A program made the position numbers and the translations under genes. A stretch of 64,000 bases of DNA from positions 124,001 to 188,000 of the forward strand of contig NIVC01001256.1 of the NCBI GenBank assembly GCA_002269645.1, in the 5' to 3' direction. Positions 57,131 through 64,000 of the stretch are shown in pieces (position 1 is the stretch's first letter; each line of letters begins with the position of its first letter). A model generated the notes under the pieces. That model worked only from the letters and a program-made list of their open reading frames with translations, made no database searches and was not told where the DNA came from. Origin of the DNA: Macrostomum lignano (taxonomy: Eukaryota).

Positions 57131-60100
57131 CCTCTCATGTACCGCCTTAAACCTTGTATTATCACGACAGCACAGTAATAGCAATTATATAATAGGGGCT
57201 ATTATTAATAAAATTCGCTACAAAAGACGCTTGTTTTGCTACAACAAAAGCGGAGCAGAAGTGGCAAACAAAATCCAAGGACGGAAAGAAAACTCGATGG
57301 CTGCTAAGGGGGGCGGCGGAGCAAAATAGCTGGGAGGGGGGGGGGCTGAGGGCGCGTCACAAGAAGAGGCAGGCGGCGCGGGTTTGCGCGGCGCCAAAAC
57401 TGGAAGGTAAAATTTGATTCGGGAGGCGGCGACGCTGGCGGCTTGGGGATTCCAGGCGAACGGAGCGGCCGTTCCAGAGTGAGTGAATGGAGGCTGGATG
57501 AGGAAGCTGGCAGACACACAGACAAATACAGAAAGACACAAACAGTCGGGAAGACAGACAGGCACGGAAAGACACAGACACAAAGGCAGACAGGAAGACG
57601 CAGACAGGCATATAGAGAGACGCGGAAAGACACAGGACACAAGCAGACACAGGAAGACACAAACAGACACGGGAGGACACAAACAGAAAAGGAAAGACAC
57701 AAACAGACACAGGAGGACACAAACAGAAAAGGAAAGACACAAACAGACACAGGAAGAGACAAAACAGACAGACACGGGAGGACACAAACAGGCACGGGAA
57801 GACACAGGCAGACACACAGGCAGACACAAACAGGCAGACACAAACAGACACACAGGCAGACACACAGGCAGACACACAGGCAGACACAAACAGACACAAA
57901 CAGACACAGACAGACACACAGACAGACACACAGACAGACACAGACAGACACACAGGCAGACACAAACAGACACACAGGCAGACACAAACAGACACACAGG
58001 CAGACACAGACAGACACACAGACAGACACACAGACAGACACAAACAGACACACAGGCAGACACAAACAGACACACAGGCAGACACAGACAGACATACATG
58101 CAGACACAAACAGACACACAGGCAGACACAGACACACAGGCAGACACAAACAGACACACAGGCATACACAGACAGACACAAACAGACACACAGACAGACA
58201 CAGACAGACACACAGGCAGACACAAACAGGCAGACACAAACAGACACACAGGCAGACACAAACAGACACAGACAGACACACAAGCAGACACAAAGCCATC
58301 CAATCCCAGAAGCCAGTTGCACAGTGCGGCGTGAAAAGAAGGCAAATAAATGGATTGCCGGATGCAGTGAAAACAAAGCCGGACAGCACAGCGGTGCCCG
58401 GACCGCAGTGCACTAGCAGGCAGGGGCTGAGGGGGGGGGGCAGGACTCACTCTCATTACCGCCACCGCCACCGGCACAGACGTCAGACTTGACAACGGTG
58501 CCAGAAGAAGTCAGTGTGGCGTTAAAGCAGTTGACGGCTGGAAAAAATTGTTAGAAAAAAACACTAAATTTTTCAATCCGAAGATTTTAGCCCGGCGTGT
58601 ATGAAGGCGGCCGGACAGAAATGGCTGCTTCAGCTTGAGAATAAAAAATCGCCGTCTCCAGAAAAGAGAACGCCAAAAAGAGAGGCATTCTGTTGAAGCA
58701 AGCAGGTGCAGCTACCGCACAGCGGTGTCAAGCGAGAGGAGCAGACCGCTCACAGCGTGTGAAACGCGTGAGCAGACAACAGGTAAAACACAGGAGAAGC
58801 TCTATAGCCTGCAAAGCCACACTGATGATTTCATTTGCAGCATCAATCAAGTCCGCCGTGACCCAAGCGACAAAAGTCAAGTTCTTTCGCCCTCACTGTC
58901 AGTTTATCAATCATTTCAGCAATCAGATGCTGCAATCAATAAAATTTCCTACACAAAGGTTAACAATACATCCGATTAGCAAACACTAATGATATTTTAA
59001 TCAGCAATCTTGGAAAGCTAAATTTAGAAATGATTAAAAATGCTGAATGTGGCCGACTCCGGACTCACCTTTGGCTTCCTCGGCCTCCTCAATGGTGGTG
59101 GCGCCGCTGTCTGCCGATTCGCGAATCCCATTGCCGGAGGCCTTCTTGGCGGCCGTGACCACCTTGCTGGCGCTGCTGGCTGCAGGGGCGGGGGTTGTGG
59201 GATCCAGCATTAGCGGGGTGCCGTCACTTGATAATTAATTAATGCTTATTGACAGGCGTGCGTGGATAATCATTAAAGTAAGCAATTAAAAAGATCTTTA
59301 ATTTAATGCATTTATAGCAGCCCTAATTAGCTAACACTTTCGGAGAGACTAATAATACCATGTGGCAACAGATTCTTTTGATGACGTGGCTGGTTAAGGT
59401 GGCTAATATGAAGGAGAGGAGTAGCGAGAGGAGAACGGGGTGATAGGCAAATAGAGGTTGGAGAAGTCAAAGGCGGAGGGTCGAGGGAGACAAGGAGAGG
59501 ACAGAGAGACAGGGAGAGGACAGAGAGAGGACAGAGAGACAGGGGGAGGACAGAGAGACAGGGAGAGGACAGAGGGAGACAGGGAGAGGAAAGGGAGAGG
59601 ACAGAGAGACAGGGGGAGGACAGAGAGACAGGGAGAGGACAGAGAGACAGGGGGAGGACAGAGAGACAGGGAGAGGACAGAGGGAGACAGGGAGAGAACA
59701 GGAGACAGGGAGAGGAAAGGGAGAGGACAGAGAGACAGGGAGAGAACAGGAGACAGGGAGAGGAAAGGGAGAGGACAGAGAGACAGGGAGAGAACAGGAG
59801 ACAGGGAGAGGAAAGGGAGAGGACAGAGAGACAGGGGGAGGACAGAGAGACAGGGAGAAGACAGAGAGACAGGGGGAGGACAGAGAGACAGGGAGAGGAC
59901 AGGGAGACAGGGAGACAAGGAGAAGACAGAGGGAGACAGGGAGAGAACAGGAGACAGGGAGAGGAAAGGGAGAGGACAGAGAGACAGGGGGAGGACAGAG
60001 AGACAGGGAGAGGACAGAGAGACAGGGAGAGGACAGAGAGACAGGGGGAGGACAGAGAGACAGGGAGAGGACAGAGAGACAGGGAGACAAGGAGAAGACA

Positions 60101-63100
60101 GAGGGAGACAGGGAGAGAACAGGAGACAGGGAGAGGAAAGGGAGAGGACAGAGAGACAGGGGAGGACAGAGAGACAGGGAGAGGACAGAGAGACAGGGGG
60201 AGGACAGAGAGACAGGGAGAGGACAGAGGGAGACAGGGAGAGGAAAGGGAGAGGACAGAGAGACAGGGGGAGGACAGAGAGACAGGGAGAGGACAGAGAG
60301 ACAGGGGGAGGACAGAGAGACAGGGAGAGGACAGAGAGACAGGGGGAGGACAGAGAGACAGGGAGAGGACAGAGACGGAGAGGACAGAGAGACAGGGAGA
60401 GGACAGGGAGACAGGGAGACAAGGAGAAGACAGAGAGAGAGACAGGGAGAGGACAGAGAGAGACAGGGAGAGGACAGAGAGAGACAAGGAGAAGACAGAG
60501 AAAGACAAGGAGAAGACAGAGGGAGAGACAGGGAGAGGACAGAGAGAGACAGGGAGAGGACAGAGAGAGACAAGGAGAAGACAGAGGGAGACAGGTGGAG
60601 GACAGAGGGTAGACAGAAAGGGGCAGAGAGCAGAGAAGAGGGGAGAAAAGATTGCGAACAATCTTGAATAGCATGGGATAGTACCCGTACATGCACATGG
60701 GAAATCTTAGGCATAGCAATACACTTGTATCGCACTAATATAGTTAATATAAAAACGGCGGCCTACCTGAGACGGCTGCCATAGAAGAGAAGCAAGAATA
60801 AAAATGCCTACAGGATTAGCCCTGAGAGACCTGGGGCAGAGTTTTGTACAAAAATAGAATGAAGGCAAATCTGGACGGTGTTAAAAGAAAAAATTGTCTG
60901 CGAGACCCTGTCTGACAGGCCGAAGAAATTCGAGCCGCCAATGGAGCGAATGGATTGACCCCCCCCCTATGGGATTATAGCGACTCCTCATTCCCTTCAC
61001 CGCCACCCCTGCCTTCAGGCTCAGTGCTGACAGGCGTGGGAACCGCACAGTCGACTCCAACAGAGTCGGCATGTGACTCCTGCTGGCCCAATAGTCTAGT
61101 AGCGAGCGTGAACACTACTAGTGGCGAGTGTGAACAGTGAACACTGCTAGCAACAAGTGTGAACCTCCTAGTAGTGTGAACCCCACTAGTAGCGTTTCAA
61201 CCCTCCTAGCCAATGGTATTAGCCTCCTAGTAAAGAGTGTGAATCCCTCAGTAAAGAGCGTGAATCCCCCAGTAAATAATGTGAATCCCTCAGTAAATAG
61301 TGTGAAACCCCCCGTAAAGAGTGTGAATCCCTCAGTAAATAGTGTGAATCCCCCAATAAAGAGTGTGAATCACCTAGTAAAATAGTGTGAATCACCTAGT
61401 AAAGAGTGTGAATCCCTCAGTAAGGAGTGTGAATCCCCCAAAAAAGAGTGTGAATCCCCAGTAAAGAGTGTGAATCACCTAGTAAGAGTGTGAATCCCTC
61501 AGTAAAGAGTGCGAATCCCCCAATAAAGAGTGTAAATCCCCAGTAAAGAGTGTGAATCATCTAGTAAAGAGTGTGAATCACCTAGTAAGAGTGTGAATCC
61601 CCTAGTAAAGAGTGTGAATCCCTGAGTAAATAGTGTGAATCCCCCAATAAAGAGTGTGAATCACCTAGTAAGAGTGTGAATCCCCTAGTAAAGAGTGTGA
61701 ATCCCTCAGTAAATAGTGTGAATCCCCCAAAAAAGAGTGTAAATCCCCAGTAAAGAGTGTGAATCATCTAGTAAAGAGTGTGAATCACCTAGTAAGAGTG
61801 TGAATCCCCTAGTAAAGAGTGTGAATCCCTCAAAAAAGAGTGTGAATCCCCAGTAAAGAGTGTGAATCCCCTAGTAAGAGTGTGAATTCCCTAGTAAAGA
61901 GTGTGAATCCCCTAGTAAGAGTGTGAATCCCCTAGTAAGAGTGTGAATCCCCTAGTACTCGTAAGAGTGTGAATCACCTAGTAAAGAGTGTGAATCCCTG
62001 AGTAAATAGTGTGAATCCCCCAATAAAGAGTGTGAATCACCTAGTAAGAGTGTGAATCACCTAGTAAAGAGTGAATCCCTCATTAAATAGTGTGAATCCC
62101 TCAAAAAAGAGTGTGAATCCCCAGTGAAGAGTGTGAATCACCTAGTAAAGAGTGTGAATCCCCTAGTAAGAGTGTGAATCCCCTAGTAAAGAGTGTGAAT
62201 CCATCAGTTAAGAATGCGTCCAGTTACTACAGAAGCAACTTCAAGAGAAAATAATTTATAAGAAATTAGAAATTATGGGCAGCAAGTGACAAGAATAGCA
62301 AATGTTAATAATTTAAAGAGAATTATTATATGCAATACAAACATTATTTGACGGCGAAGCAAGAAATTAAGAATAAAAAGAAAATTTTACAAGTGGAGCG
62401 CAATGACCAATACACGAGAGACAGTAGCCTTCAGTTGCAGAGGAATTACCAACCAATACGGGTACAATGTTAGAGTAAGCCATTAAGTTTATTCAGAGTG
62501 AAAGCTAAGTGTAAAATTATGCACAGTTAACTTAGAAATAGCTGCATATTACTTCATAGTGGAATAAACGGTTAAGAAATCAATAAAATATTGAATTATT
62601 AAAATATATCAAGCATTGACACAGACGGCGGCTCGTACTTACACTTGTTCACTGCGCAGCGGGGAGGGCGGGTGATGCTCAATGAGAGTGCGATTACAAA
62701 TAGTGAAATTCCCAAAATAGCCGCTGCACTGATCCCCAGATCTGCATGCCATTGTTGCTGTGCAGTTAAAATTTCTTCGATTATAAGATTTCCAATTATT
62801 CAGCAGGTGAGGCTCGAGATCTCAAAGGCAAAGTGAAGCGCCATGCATCCAGAATTTGGCTGGCCTACACTGACTACTGGTTCTAATTTATAATTCATCT
62901 CCATGACCGTTGCCTAGGCAACCAAATGACTGTCTGTCTGTCTGTCTGTTCCATCTGTGTGTCTGTCTGTCTGTCTGTCTGTCTGTTCCATCTGTGTGTC
63001 TGTCTGTCTGTCTGTCTGTTCCATCTGTGTGTCTGTCTGTCTGTCTGTCTGTGTGTCTGTCTGTGTGTCTGTCTGTCTGTGTGCCTGTCTGTCTGTCTGT

Positions 63101-63153
63101 CTGTCCGTCTGTCTGTCTGTGTGTCTGTGTGTCTGTGTGTCTGTCTGTCTGTG

Positions 63154-63212
<59 letters not shown>

Positions 63213-63375
63213 CTTAGTGTCTGTCTATCTGTCTGTGTGTCTGTCTGTCTGTCTGTCTGTGTGTCTGTCTGTCTGTGTGTCTGTCTGTCTGTCTGTCTTA
63301 GTGTCTGTCTGTTCTATCTGTCTGTCTGTCTGTCTTAGTGTCTGTCTGTCCGTCTGTCTTAGTGTCTGTCTATCT

Positions 63376-63409
<34 letters not shown>

Positions 63410-63424
63410 CTTAGTGTCTGTCTA

Positions 63425-63485
<61 letters not shown>

Positions 63486-63500
63486 CTTAGTGTCTGTCTA

Positions 63501-63545
<45 letters not shown>

Positions 63546-63560
63546 CTTAGTGTCTGTCTA

Positions 63561-63597
<37 letters not shown>

Positions 63598-63866
63598 AAA
63601 TCACATCAAACGAGTCAATAGTTTATCATAAGCCTCGCAAATTCCCAAACAACATGAAAATCACATCGAAAGCAAGCCAACTTCATTTGATTTTTTATGT
63701 TTTCCAGCCATTCAACAAGCGGCTCCAAGCTGCAAAATTTGGGCAGCGGGTCTCAACAATAAAAAGGTGAAAATTGCAGGTTCGCAACGCGTCTGGCAGC
63801 GGGCCAGTTCAATCGGCACTCACTGGAAAAATTCCGCGTAGCCAGCATGGTCGTCAGAATGGCGCC
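55224..63866 (-). CDS. CaMKII: Ca2+/calmodulin-dependent protein kinase II, 3' half (regulatory segment, linker, hub domain); the gene continues beyond the window
   Basis: Exons 63866-63824 ([14 protein letters not shown]), 59179-59069 ([21 protein letters not shown]), 56773-56698 ([13 protein letters not shown]), 56619-56525 ([26 protein letters not shown]), 55857-55746 ([23 protein letters not shown]), 55344-55224 ([18 protein letters not shown]); splice phases are consistent. Confidence 0.96.
55362..56360. repeat. 40-bp (55362-55713) and 24-bp (55880-56360) minisatellites in CaMKII introns
   Basis: tactactgtcagtagcgtgttgcgatattagctggtggcc; cctgtccacctgtctgatacctgc. Confidence 0.94.
58451..58537 (-). 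CDS. CaMKII: Candidate 87-nt CaMKII cassette exon ([28 protein letters not shown])
   Basis: ttttttccag| ... |gtgagt; phase 1-1; open in the required frame. Confidence 0.6.
60767..60775 (-). CDS. CaMKII: Candidate 9-nt CaMKII linker microexon (CCGTCTCAG)
   Basis: cttgcttctcttctatggcag| ... |gtaggc; phase 1-1. Confidence 0.5.
62643..62651 (-). CDS. CaMKII: Candidate 9-nt CaMKII linker microexon (TGAACAAGT)
   Basis: cccgccctccccgctgcgcag| ... |gtaagt; phase 1-1; gives RNFS-MNK-S. Confidence 0.65.
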
Positions 63867-64000
63867 CTGGAATGAAAGCAATGAGAACCGGGCTGTGGCA
63901 TTTTGCTTCGAGAAGCAGTGGCATTGCCAGCAATATCCTTATGGTTTGAGTCTGATGAGTAGCTACTTGCAGATCCCTATCCAGTATGCTGTTATCCCCA

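Larger units (their letters stand above)
57505..63597. repeat. Four further CaMKII intronic arrays: CA/GACA-like 57505-58290, GA-rich 59465-60640, gtgtgaatcccctagtaaaga 61225-62210, (TGTC)n 62928-63597
   Basis: Direct reading; unique sequence and exons lie between the arrays. Confidence 0.92.

Noticed and set aside
57350-57500. Additional CaMKII linker exon
   Set aside because: No acceptor/donor pair giving the required phase 1-1.
57239-60735. Long Cys/Val/Leu- or RQT/GDR-rich ORFs
   Set aside because: CaMKII intronic repeats with no domain signal.
63952-63960. ctgatgag hammerhead core (also at 25209)
   Set aside because: No matching GAAA and stem II within the window; the 25209 case is just a short hairpin.

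Overview
Animal genomic DNA, not prokaryotic. It has GC-rich spliced exons and introns packed with private micro- and minisatellites, a style resembling Macrostomum-type flatworms (inference). Most long ORFs in the supplied track are repeat artefacts. Genes reconstructed by hand from GT-AG sites and frame continuity: (1) a Cys-less, ELIC-like pentameric ligand-gated ion channel (+, about 7117-23977), whose pore exon (M1 end, M2, M3 start) is tandemly duplicated with only 39 nt between the copies, a probable mutually exclusive pore switch; (2) a GT31 beta-1,3-glycosyltransferase; (3) a TE-rich island (29.4-44 kb) holding an unrecognised family of small two-exon secreted proteins ending in ILQ, a C-type lectin with a PAN-like tail, and an antimicrobial-peptide-like precursor; (4) a protein with a coilin-Tudor-like C-terminus and no genomic start codon, possibly started by a spliced-leader AUG; (5) an ER-type JmjC oxygenase with an EF-hand and C-terminal RDEL; (6) the 3' half of CaMKII with two candidate 9-nt microexons. 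TE relics include a Tc1-like deletion derivative, a LINE fragment nested in a tRNA-derived SINE with a 10-bp TSD, and a 2A-PHD-APE non-LTR element. All gene models were made by eye, with no database search or RNA data.
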